Source of the DNA: a bacterium
GTDB lineage: Bacteria; UBP15; UBA6099; JAJRTR01
Length of the DNA: 37,166 bases
Assembly (NCBI GenBank): GCA_024278215.1
Contig: JAJRTR010000036.1
Location: 1-37,166 of the forward strand
Direction: 5' to 3'
The position numbers were made by a program, and so were the translations under genes. Positions 1 to 9,252 of the stretch are shown piece by piece; the first letter of the stretch is position 1; each line of letters begins with the position of its first letter. A model generated the notes under the pieces. That model had not been told where the DNA came from. It worked only from the letters and a program-made list of their open reading frames with translations, and did not search any database.

Positions 1-688
1 CAACGGCGCGGGCACCGTGCTGGTCGTCGACAACAGCGGCAATATATTCTCCAGCGGCACCATTTCCGCCGACGGCGGCTTCGACGCACCGATCTCGGCC
101 ACGCAAACAGCGGTGGTCGGCTACGCCGCCTATTTCAACGTCAGCAATGTCGGCAATGCCGATGCGGCCCTCAAAGTTGAAACCATCGGCACCGGCTCCG
201 CCCTCTACGCCGACAACACGGGCGGCGGCACCGCCGCGCAGCTCTACAATACCAACGCCGGCAACACGAATCCCGTTCTGTTTCTCAGTCAGGCGGGCAC
301 CGGCGACTTCATCAACGCCTACAACGGCGCGGGCACCGTGCTGGTCGTCGACAACAGCGGCAATATATTCTCCAGCGGCACCATTTCCGCCGACGGCGGC
401 TTCGACGCACCGATCTCGGCCACGCAAACAGCGGCGGTCGGCTACGCCGCCTATTTCAATGTCAGCAATGTCGGCAATGCCGATGCGGCACTCAAAGCTG
501 AAACCATCGGCACCGGCTCCGCCCTCTACGCCGACAACACGGGCGGCGGCACCGCCGCGCAGCTCTACAACACCAACGCCGGGAACACGAATCCCGTTCT
601 GTTTCTCAGTCAGGCGGGCACCGGCGACTTCATCAACGCCTACAACGGCGCGGGCACCGTGCTGGTCGTCGACAACAGCGGCAATATA
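1..688 (+). repeat. In-frame 321-bp tandem repeat (2 full units plus a partial third)
   Basis: CAACGGCGCGGGCACCGTGCTGG starts at 1, 322 and 643; about 6 substitutions between units 1 and 2. Confidence 0.95.
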
Positions 689-3322
689 AATGCGAGCAAT
701 ACGCTCTATGCAAGCGCGACGGTACTTACAGGAGACTATATGAACTTCGGCGGCACACTCGGCGACACGGGCTATGGATTGCGCGACAACGCCGGTGATG
801 TCGAATACAAGGACAACGGCGGTTCATGGACAGCACTCAATAGCCTGGGCGGCGCAGGCGGCTACGTCAGCGACACAGGCGACACAATGACAGGTTCGCT
901 CGTTATAAACGCTGATACGGCTACGTCTTCTCTCTACATCTCGAACACAGACAATGCAGGTACCGGATACGCGGCTTACTTCACAACGACCGGTGCGACA
1001 AACGCAAGCGCGACGTTATCCGTCATGCAGGACGGCACCGGCAAAGCCGCCTATTTTGAAAAAAGCGTGGACAACACCGGCGCGGCTATTGCCGGAAGAA
1101 CCGCTGGAACAGACATAGACGCTATCGGAATTTCAGGTTTCGCGGCCGGCCTTGGAAGTGGCGTGCGTGGTTACAATGCCGCAGGCGGCAAGGGCGTGAT
1201 GGGAGTGAACGAATCCAGCGGCTACGGGATAGTCGCGGCCAACACAGGTACCGGCACTGCTCTCGGCGTCCAGCACTCAGGCACATCTGGCCTGCTGGTC
1301 GAGATGAATGACGGCGCAAATACCATGTTTACAATCGACAGATCGGGGAGCATCAACGCCTCGGGAACAATAGATGTCGAAGGGGAGATCCACACAGACC
1401 TGGGGTTTGACTCCGGATTGAATGTGCCGGGCTACGTCGCTTTCAAATCCGTAGGCGGCAACACGGACGGCATATATATCGACAATCCGGGAACAAGCGG
1501 CAAAGTCGCCCAATTCCTCGCAACAAGCGGCGCAAACAGCAATTACACACTCACCGCGATCAACGACGGCACCGGCGGCGCCGCGCTCTTTACGGCAAAT
1601 GGCTCGTCGGGCACCGCCACGGACGTTGTACTGATAGAAACGAACAACACGACAATTGACAGCGTCGGACTGCATGTGAACCACACGAGCAGCGGTGTAG
1701 CCGCAATATTCGAGAGCATCGGAGCGACACCGACCGTCAAAGTGCAACAACACGGCAGCAATACCGGACTGGATATCTCTACAGTTGACGGCAATATCAT
1801 TGTCGGTCGCAGCCTCGGCGCGGGCAACCTCACGGTATTGTCGAATTCGACAGGCCAGGGCTTCACCATCGATAACAATGGAAATGTTTACGCAAGCGGC
1901 ACGGCGAACTTTGCCGGCGGTATTACAGGTTCCGTAGCGAACACAGGCGACACAATGACCGGTTCGCTCGTCATCAGCACGAATACTGCGACCGACGCGC
2001 TCTATATAAACAACACCGGCGGCGGCGACGCAATCGCAGCCAGCGGAACAGTCTCCATCGGCAGCGACACCGGCGCGGACGGTTACGATGTTAACTTCTA
2101 TGGCACTTTCAGCGCGGGTGCAGGTAGTGACCGTATGTTCTGGAACGCCTCGAAAGATGCTTTAGGCGTGGGCTTCGACTCTACAGGCTCACGCTGGAGC
2201 GACGCCAATATGGGCGAATACTCGTTCTCCGCAGGCTACGACGCATTAGCCACCAACACCACCGCCGTCGCGCTCGGCTACCAGACCAACGCAGGCGGTC
2301 AGTACTCCACCGCGATGGGTAACGGCTCGACCGCAAGCGGTGATTATTCCACTGCTACGGGAAATGGCTCGACTGCCTCCGGTCTGGCTTCGACTGCCTT
2401 TGGCAACGTTACCATCGCTTCCGGCGACTTTTCTACCGCAATGGGATATTATTCAGACGCCTCCGGCGACTATTCCATCTCTGCCGGTGAATATGTAACC
2501 GCTGGCACAGCCGCCAACACTATCACCCTCGGCCAGGGAGCATCCGCCGCCAACAGGCTGGTAAACAACACGGCATCTTCTCTTATGGTCGGCTTCAACA
2601 CCGACCAGCCCACTCTCTTCGTCGGCCCCGGCAGCGGCGTGGGCACATACGGCAATGTTGGCATAGGCACGACCGCCCCCGGCGCAAGGCTGGGTGTCCT
2701 CACCACCGATGTCAGCGTAGCGGCGGCAATTTTCGAAACAAACAACACAGTAGCGGCTACATCCACTGTAATAATAAGATCAAACACGAATACTTCCGGG
2801 GGACAAGCTCTTTACGTAAACCAGTCCGGCAGCGGTGACGGCGCAATACTTGCCGAGATCACAGGCAACACCAGTATCCAGACAATTTACGAGGGCAACA
2901 CCACCGGAAGCGGACCGCTTATCAATCTAAAACAAGCGGGATCAAACAAATTCTTTGTCGGCAACGACGGCAGCATTTTCGCCAGCGGCACAATCGAAGT
3001 CGGATGTCCTCCCACCATGAAGGACGCCGGAAGCTACTGCATCGATATCGACGAAAATGCCGGCAACACCTTCTTTACCGCCGCCAACACATGTCAGGCA
3101 CAGGGCAAAGTTCTTTGCACCACATCACAGTGGATAGCCGCCTGCAACAACGTCGCCGGTCTCAACACAATGATCGACAACGACGAATGGGTGGATTCGG
3201 TCTTCTGGAACAACGGCTCGACCAGCATCCAGAGTGTGGTCATCGGCAACGGAGCTTGTAACAGTGTTAATAACAACGACCTTACAGGAACCCAAACATT
3301 CAGATGTTGTCTTAACAATTGA
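1..3322 (+). CDS. Giant surface fibre/adhesin, 5'-truncated (107-aa tandem repeats, YadA-head-like repeats, C-terminal FGE/CLec-like Cys-rich domain)
   Basis: Frame open from the window edge (ORF track 17..3322). G/T/A/N-rich; two GDTMTGSLVI motifs; 14-aa STAxGxxxxASG repeats at about 2215-2500; GNVGIGTTAP motif; C-terminus CP..M..YCID..C...GKVLC...W..AC...EWV...FRCC. Confidence 0.8.
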   Translation, partial: NGAGTVLVVDNSGNIFSSGTISADGGFDAPISATQTAVVGYAAYFNVSNVGNADAALKVETIGTGSALYADNTGGGTAAQLYNTNAGNTNPVLFLSQAGTGDFINAYNGAGTVLVVDNSGNIFSSGTISADGGFDAPISATQTAAVGYAAYFNVSNVGNADAALKAETIGTGSALYADNTGGGTAAQLYNTNAGNTNPVLFLSQAGTGDFINAYNGAGTVLVVDNSGNINASNTLYASATVLTGDYMNFGGTLGDTGYGLRDNAGDVEYKDNGGSWTALNSLGGAGGYVSDTGDTMTGSLVINADTATSSLYISNTDNAGTGYAAYFTTTGATNASATLSVMQDGTGKAAYFEKSVDNTGAAIAGRTAGTDIDAIGISGFAAGLGSGVRGYNAAGGKGVMGVNESSGYGIVAANTGTGTALGVQHSGTSGLLVEMNDGANTMFTIDRSGSINASGTIDVEGEIHTDLGFDSGLNVPGYVAFKSVGGNTDGIYIDNPGTSGKVAQFLATSGANSNYTLTAINDGTGGAALFTANGSSGTATDVVLIETNNTTIDSVGLHVNHTSSGVAAIFESIGATPTVKVQQHGSNTGLDISTVDGNIIVGRSLGAGNLTVLSNSTGQGFTIDNNGNVYASGTANFAGGITGSVANTGDTMTGSLVISTNTATDALYINNTGGGDAIAASGTVSIGSDTGADGYDVNFYGTFSAGAGSDRMFWNASKDALGVGFDSTGSRWSDANMGEYSFSAGYDALATNTTAVALGYQTNAGGQYSTAMGNGSTASGDYSTATGNGSTASGLASTAFGNVTIASGDFSTAMGYYSDASGDYSISAGEYVTAGTAANTITLGQGASAANRLVNNTASSLMVGFNTDQPTLFVGPGSGVGTYGNVGIGTTAPGARLGVLTTDVSVAAAIFETNNTVAATSTVIIRSNTNTSGGQALYVNQSGSGDGAILAEITGNTSIQTIYEGNTTGSGPLINLKQAGSNKFFVGNDGSIFASGTIEVGCPPTMKDAGSYCIDIDENAGNTFFTAANTCQAQGKVLCTTSQWIAACNNVAGLNTMIDNDEWVDSVFWNNGSTSIQSVVIGNGACNSVNNNDLTGTQTFRCCLNN

Positions 3323-3461
3323 TTCGTGTGTAATTAGCCATTTTCAATACAGCCGTTGTTGTTAATGTCAGCGGAAATGCACAAAAACGCTATTTGCGAG
3401 TTCGCTATTGTTGCTTATTGTCTGTTGACAAATGTCATCCGTGCCTTTTTACACACGAATC
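3321..3461. mobile_element. MITE-like element, 141 bp, perfect 13-bp TIRs and 7-bp target-site duplication
   Basis: GATTCGTGTGTAA (3321-3333) / TTACACACGAATC (3449-3461); AACAATT directly flanks both ends (3314-3320, 3462-3468). Confidence 0.8.
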
Positions 3462-3616
3462 AACAATTAGTCGGATTTTCCTCATGAGAAATCCGGGGCG
3501 GGAACAGTAAGCGGCTTATGAGCCAATTGCAAACCCGGTGTCGAAATAAACCTACGGATTCCGAGACAGAGCTCCATTTGATTAGAATTTCCAATAAATC
3601 TATAATTCCAATTGAC

Positions 3617-6022
3617 ATGAACTATCTCCAGAGAAAACAATTTATCCGGGTGAAAGCCGGACATGCGGCAATCCTTTTTTTGTTCATCGCAGCGGCAATT
3701 TGCACTCCCGCAAATGCCGAGACGGCGGCGGGAAGCCTCTTCACAAATGAAATAACCGCGAACTGCGCCATAACGCTCCAATTCCCTTCAGTAGGCGGCG
3801 GTAAAGAATCCCTCGAATCGCTGTCCATCACCGTCAACGACGAAGAACTGCGGTGCGGCGGCGTAAAAAAGGACCAGAACTGGATATACTTCTCCGCAAC
3901 TACCGACGGGCACCCCGACACATTGTACGCCGGCCTGCTCGCGATTATGAAAACCGGTGTCGCTAAACTCGAGATCAAACGGCGCGACGGCGAACCCGTG
4001 CTATGGCGTGCCGCCTTCAACGCTACCGCGGACGAGCATTACTACGGGTTCGGCGAGAAAGCCGGCTGGTTCGACTATCACGGCCACGTGTCGACAGTTG
4101 TCAACCATGACGCGAACCCTGTGACCGACCATGAATTTCGTGGCGACAACTCATCTGAAAGCGTGCCTTTTTTCTCGAGCAGCCGCGGCTTTGGAGCATG
4201 GCTCGACGATACAGTTGTCGCAACATTCGACATGGACACCGGCGGGCGAGGCGAATGGTCTGTCGAGTTCGAGGACGACTACCTGCGCATGTATTTTTTC
4301 GCAGGTCCCTACCCTGCCGACATCCTCTCGCGCTTCACTGCTCTCTCCGGTCGTCCTCCATTGTGGCCCGCGTGGGTGTTCGCACCCTGGAAGTCCCGCG
4401 ACGTATATACTGGCGCAAACGAGGTCGAAGAGGACATCGTCCGACAGCGCGAACTCGACATCCCCGGCTCCATAATCATGATCGACAGCCCGTGGGAGGA
4501 CTCGTACAATTCGTTCAGCTTCAACAGCATTCAGTTTCCCGACCCGGCGGCTCTGATGCGCAAAGCGCACGGCTACGGCTACAGGGTGATTGTCTGGATG
4601 ACGCCGATAACCAACATACTCAACAACACCGACATGCTCGGCATAAAACCCGGCAAAACGGACAACTACGACTTCATAGCGAATAGAAAAGGATTCGTGC
4701 GCGGCGAAAACGACGCCCCCGTCGTATTCGATTGGAGGAAAGGGCGCGGTTCGCTGTTCGATTTCACAAACCCCGCGATGAAAGATTACCTGAAAGATGT
4801 CGTGAAACGACTCGCGGAAATCGGCGTCGATGGTTTCAAGGCTGATGGCGGCGATGGTTATTATGAACGTGGCACGCGGTTTTTCGACAACACAATACCC
4901 GCCCGGCGTATGAAAAACTATTATTCATATCTCTATACCGGATCGGCTTACGAAGCGTGGAAAAAGGCGACCGGCGAGCCTGTCGTCCGGGCGCGTTCGG
5001 GCGCGGCGGGTGCGCAGAAATATTCTATCCAGTGGTCCGGCGACAATAACGCCGACTGGAGCCCCAACGGACTTCCGGCGGCTGTAATCGCGGCGCAATC
5101 AGCGGCCATGAGCGGCTTCTCCGTCACGGGCCACGACATAGCGGGCTATCTCGGCGAACCCACTCCGGAACTTTTCATCAGGTGGGCACAATTCGGTTCG
5201 CTCTCGCCGATAATGTCTCTGATGATGCAATGCAACAAAGGGCCATGGGACTTCGGCACGAATGCGCTCGATATATACAGAAACTACGCGAAACTTCACA
5301 CATCACTTTTCCCGTACATATACAAATACGCCAGGGACGCTTCTGAAACCGGACTGCCCGTCATCCGTCCCCTGCCCCTGCTCTACCCCGCGGACCCCGA
5401 GTCGCATGTTCAGCGCTACCAGTACATGTTCGGCAATAGTATTCTCGTCGCCCCCGTGATCGAAGAAGGCGCGTCGTCGCGGGAAGTGTATTTCCCCGGC
5501 GACACAACGTGGTACGAATTCTGGGGTAACATTACACACGAGGGTGGAACCCTGGAAGTCGTCGACGCCCCTCTCGATGAACTACCCTTCTTCGTCCGCG
5601 AAGGCTCGATTATCCCTATGCTTCCGGGCGACGTGGACACATTAGTTCCGGCGGCGGCAATCGCCCGCGAAGATGTGGTTGCCATGGATGACAGACTCGT
5701 TGTCCGCGCATGGCCGTCTGATCGAAAATCGAGTTTCCGCATGACAGACGGCACATATTTCTCGACACGCAGAAAAGACGGCGACGTCATTGTCAAGCTC
5801 AAATCTATCCCGCGCCGGCTCTGGCTCGATGTCGCAGCCACAGACGCGGCGTCTGTAAGGATAGATTCGCGGAAACTCGATAAGATACCCTGTGGGAACG
5901 TCGCCGCCATGCAGACCGGCTGGTGCCGCAACGCCGACCTCGAAAACACTCTGATTTTTTTTAACACAACAGAGGAACAGCACACAATTGTTATCAGCGA
6001 ACAGCCTGCGGCGCGTCAATGA
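3617..6022 (+). CDS. Secreted glycoside hydrolase family 31 (alpha-glucosidase/xylosidase-like)
   Basis: YYGFGE, VPFF, GFKADGGD (nucleophile), WSGDN (acid/base), DIAGY, ELFIRWAQFG, QYMFG motifs. Signal peptide after Met at 3617 (ORF track starts at 3518). Confidence 0.9.
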   Translation: MNYLQRKQFIRVKAGHAAILFLFIAAAICTPANAETAAGSLFTNEITANCAITLQFPSVGGGKESLESLSITVNDEELRCGGVKKDQNWIYFSATTDGHPDTLYAGLLAIMKTGVAKLEIKRRDGEPVLWRAAFNATADEHYYGFGEKAGWFDYHGHVSTVVNHDANPVTDHEFRGDNSSESVPFFSSSRGFGAWLDDTVVATFDMDTGGRGEWSVEFEDDYLRMYFFAGPYPADILSRFTALSGRPPLWPAWVFAPWKSRDVYTGANEVEEDIVRQRELDIPGSIIMIDSPWEDSYNSFSFNSIQFPDPAALMRKAHGYGYRVIVWMTPITNILNNTDMLGIKPGKTDNYDFIANRKGFVRGENDAPVVFDWRKGRGSLFDFTNPAMKDYLKDVVKRLAEIGVDGFKADGGDGYYERGTRFFDNTIPARRMKNYYSYLYTGSAYEAWKKATGEPVVRARSGAAGAQKYSIQWSGDNNADWSPNGLPAAVIAAQSAAMSGFSVTGHDIAGYLGEPTPELFIRWAQFGSLSPIMSLMMQCNKGPWDFGTNALDIYRNYAKLHTSLFPYIYKYARDASETGLPVIRPLPLLYPADPESHVQRYQYMFGNSILVAPVIEEGASSREVYFPGDTTWYEFWGNITHEGGTLEVVDAPLDELPFFVREGSIIPMLPGDVDTLVPAAAIAREDVVAMDDRLVVRAWPSDRKSSFRMTDGTYFSTRRKDGDVIVKLKSIPRRLWLDVAATDAASVRIDSRKLDKIPCGNVAAMQTGWCRNADLENTLIFFNTTEEQHTIVISEQPAARQ

Positions 6023-6944
6023 ACCAGAGCCTCCAGCCGGACATGCCGGGTGTAACGCGCTTTTTCTGTTCGGATGACGTTATCAGGATCACAGGCTCGC
6101 GCTCATCCTTCAATAGTTTCGGCAGCCGCTCGAACCTGCTGTAATGATCATGGCTCAGCAGGTCGATGTCCCGCGCAGAGACACCGAGCGCGACGAGAGC
6201 TACCTGCATCATCTCGGCGATATCGACATGGCCGCGCGTGTACCAGTCGTTGTAGACAGTGACGTCATGTATTATTCCGTCCCGGTACAGCTTCGCGGCG
6301 GTTCGCAGTCTGAGCGCGAGTGCGGGAGATGGAAACTCCAGCGGCTCATCCGAATGGTAATCCTCGAAAACGACCGCCGCGCCGGGCGCTTCGCCTATCC
6401 AGCCGGGAGGCTCGACGGTCTCGAGCATCTCGTATTCCTTGCCTGTCGGCGCGGGGTTGGCGAATGCTGTTTTGACTTTGAACCCCGCGCTCCGGAATAT
6501 CGGTTTCGCCCTCATCAAGTGATACGACTGCGATATAATAAAGGCCTTTTTCTCCCAACCGAGCCTGTCGAAAAGCATACTCGCAAACTTCGCGTTTTCA
6601 ACGGTCGTTCCCGCGCGCGGCTCCTCGATAATACGCTCTTGCGGCACGCCGAACGCTACGAGTGTGATCTTCATCATTCTCGCTTCGGAGATATGGTCGC
6701 GCGTGTATCCTCCTGTCACGACAATCCTGTTTATCACACCCCTGCGATACAGCCGGAACGCTTTCATGCAGCGCGCGTTCTGCTGTGCGGTGGGAGTCCG
6801 CGCGCCTGCCGGATACTCCCCGAGCACAATTCCCGGCCTGGGGGTTTCCGACGCCGCGTCCGCGACAGTGGTAAAAAATACCGCCAGCGCGAGAGAGGCG
6901 ATCAGCGCAAATACGAATGGATCATACTTTTTCGAAGGCAACAT
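5994..6944 (-). CDS. YdcF/ElyC (DUF218) family exported protein with a second degenerate DUF218-like half
   Basis: IVVTGG, SEARMM, GVP..RII.E..A.TT.ENA, SYHL.RA motifs; N-terminal hydrophobic segment. Confidence 0.8.
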   Translation of the reverse strand: MLPSKKYDPFVFALIASLALAVFFTTVADAASETPRPGIVLGEYPAGARTPTAQQNARCMKAFRLYRRGVINRIVVTGGYTRDHISEARMMKITLVAFGVPQERIIEEPRAGTTVENAKFASMLFDRLGWEKKAFIISQSYHLMRAKPIFRSAGFKVKTAFANPAPTGKEYEMLETVEPPGWIGEAPGAAVVFEDYHSDEPLEFPSPALALRLRTAAKLYRDGIIHDVTVYNDWYTRGHVDIAEMMQVALVALGVSARDIDLLSHDHYSRFERLPKLLKDEREPVILITSSEQKKRVTPGMSGWRLWFIDAPQAVR

Positions 6945-7027
6945 ACTGTGTTTCCTTTACGCAATAGATGAAACCAGATAAAAGAAGATTTTGGTTTACA
7001 GTATACACGCAACAGTCACCGGGCGCG

Positions 7028-9100
7028 TCATCTTTTTTGGTTCTTGCTGTCGTAGTAGTAATACAAATGTTTGTAATAACTATGAGAAAGCTTTGTGCCG
7101 TTGAGGACGGCGCCGAGAACCGGCGCCCCGGCGGACCCGAGGGTCCCGGCAGCGGAAATTATTTCTCTTTTCGGCACACGACCGGCATTCGCCACGAATA
7201 GTATTCCGCCTGCAAGCGGCGCGATCACCATCACATCCGCAACCGCCATCACCGGCGGTGTGTCGATAATCACTACATCATAGGAAACCTTCAGCAGGTC
7301 GATCATGCTGCGGACGATGTCGCTCTCGAAAACTTCGGAAGAAATCAGGGGCGTGTCTTCCGTGAGCACGAGCGGCCCCGCTGGAAGTATGGAAAGATTT
7401 GCCGTTTTCGACTCGACGATAAGTTGCGAAACGTCAAGTTTATCAATATAAATGTTCGTTATCCCGCGGTTCTCTATCTCAAACCGCTTGTGTATCGTAG
7501 GTCTTCTGAGGTCTCCGTCCACGAGTACAACTTTTTTCCCGAACTGCGCGAATGTGACAGCGAGATTCAGGGCGGTCGACGATTTACCCTCGCGCACGAC
7601 ACCGCTGGTAACAAGAAATGAGTTCGCGTTCTTCTCCTCGAGCGCAACTTTGAGGCGGCTGCGCAGGGCGCGATAACTCTCCGCAATCGGCGTGTTGGGT
7701 TTTTCGGCGCAAACGGCTCCGTTTCCCTTCATCGACTCATCGTAAGGAATCTGCGAAAGCACTTCAAATCCCGTGGCTTCCCGGAGTTCTTCCGCGGTTT
7801 CGATAGTGTCCGACAGCGATTCTCTTATAATAGCGATGGCGAAACCGAGCAGGAGCCCTCCGAAAATTGAAATGGCGAGCAGGATGAAGTTATACCTTCG
7901 TGTTATGTTCTGTGAAGTTACCGCCGCTTTGAGAATCTCACCCGGCGGCCTGGGCGAGCGACCGAACACTTTTAATTTCTGGAACTTATCTTGCAGTGCG
8001 ATATACAGCTTTTCCGCGAGATTACGTCTTCTCATTAGACGGACAAGCGTATACTCGGACTCAGGCAGCTTCTTTAGTTCACGTTCCATTTTCTTCGTGA
8101 CGGATTTCAGGCTGTCTACTTTTGTCTGGAGCGCCATTTCATCTGCTTTCAAGGCGCCAAGGCTCTGTAGAAGCACCTGGTACTGCGGGTTCGGCGCTGT
8201 AACATCCTGGCTAATGATCTTCACTTCCAGTCCGCGCAATTGTTTTTTTATCTCTTCGATCTGCGCGGAGACGGAAAGCACATCGGGGTGAATGTCACTG
8301 TACAATTGTGTAAGTTTTGCATATTCGATTTCGAGTTCGGCGAGCCGGGCGTTAAGCTTCTCGGCGATGGGATTGGACGTCACGGTCCGTTGAGACAGCC
8401 GTTCCTGGTCGCTCTCGCTAAGTTGCAACTGCACCTCCCGGATTCGGGAGCGAGTGGATTCGAGGTCGACACGCGCCTGTTGCAGATCGGTCTCGAACTG
8501 CATCAGGCCGCCGACCATCCGGTCTGTCTCCGAACTCAGGTCTTTTATTCGATTCGACTCCTTGAACTCGCGAAGCGTATCTTCAGTGACCTTCAGCTCC
8601 TTCTGTGCTTTTTGCACCTGTTCTTCGAGATATTTTCGTTCGTCCTCGGCTTCGGCACGCTCTTTTTCCATCAAGTAGCTGAAAAATGTTTCAGGCAGTA
8701 TATTCGCGACATTTATCGCGATCCTCGGTTCGGGCGAAAGAACACCTACCTCGATGACTTCCGAATTCGGGACGACCTTTATCCGGAGTTCCATCCTTGC
8801 AAGTTCTTCGGCCGTCATATCGAGAGTGTCAGCGGTCCGTTTGATAATTACATCGCTGCGCATAATCTCGACAAAGGTGTTTATGTTTATATATGGGCCG
8901 GGCGAGTTGGAATCGCGCGAAAGGGCGCGGTCATTATCTCCGGATCGTTTTGGTGGCAATATGCGCAACCTGCATGTCGCGAGGTACATATCGTCGCGGC
9001 GCGTGCAGAAAATCGTCGTTGCGACGCCCGCGACGAGTGTAACGGCGACGATAATCCACCATGATTTTCTGACAGCTCTGTTTATAATTAAGCTCTTCAC
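7028..9100 (-). CDS. Wzc/GumC-like polysaccharide co-polymerase with BY-kinase domain
   Basis: Two TM helices around a coiled coil; Walker A GVVREGKS, DGDLRRP, DTPP; C-terminal Tyr cluster SYYKHLYYYY. Confidence 0.9.
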   Translation of the reverse strand: MKSLIINRAVRKSWWIIVAVTLVAGVATTIFCTRRDDMYLATCRLRILPPKRSGDNDRALSRDSNSPGPYININTFVEIMRSDVIIKRTADTLDMTAEELARMELRIKVVPNSEVIEVGVLSPEPRIAINVANILPETFFSYLMEKERAEAEDERKYLEEQVQKAQKELKVTEDTLREFKESNRIKDLSSETDRMVGGLMQFETDLQQARVDLESTRSRIREVQLQLSESDQERLSQRTVTSNPIAEKLNARLAELEIEYAKLTQLYSDIHPDVLSVSAQIEEIKKQLRGLEVKIISQDVTAPNPQYQVLLQSLGALKADEMALQTKVDSLKSVTKKMERELKKLPESEYTLVRLMRRRNLAEKLYIALQDKFQKLKVFGRSPRPPGEILKAAVTSQNITRRYNFILLAISIFGGLLLGFAIAIIRESLSDTIETAEELREATGFEVLSQIPYDESMKGNGAVCAEKPNTPIAESYRALRSRLKVALEEKNANSFLVTSGVVREGKSSTALNLAVTFAQFGKKVVLVDGDLRRPTIHKRFEIENRGITNIYIDKLDVSQLIVESKTANLSILPAGPLVLTEDTPLISSEVFESDIVRSMIDLLKVSYDVVIIDTPPVMAVADVMVIAPLAGGILFVANAGRVPKREIISAAGTLGSAGAPVLGAVLNGTKLSHSYYKHLYYYYDSKNQKR

Positions 9101-9252
9101 TCGCTGTGTTCAGTCCATAATTTATTCCTTGAACAAAGGATCGTCATTTTTCAATCGTCCACACGATCCACCCTGAAAACATTAAATAACCATTATATAT
9201 ATCATCAAAGATCATACATTAAAAGGACAAAAGACACGAGGAGAGACACGAA

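Noticed and set aside
1..688. CRISPR array
   Set aside because: The repeats are 321-bp in-frame coding units with no spacers.
9110..9112. UGA recoding (alternative genetic code)
   Set aside because: Many conserved genes here end in TGA at expected positions, including coupled stop/start overlaps.
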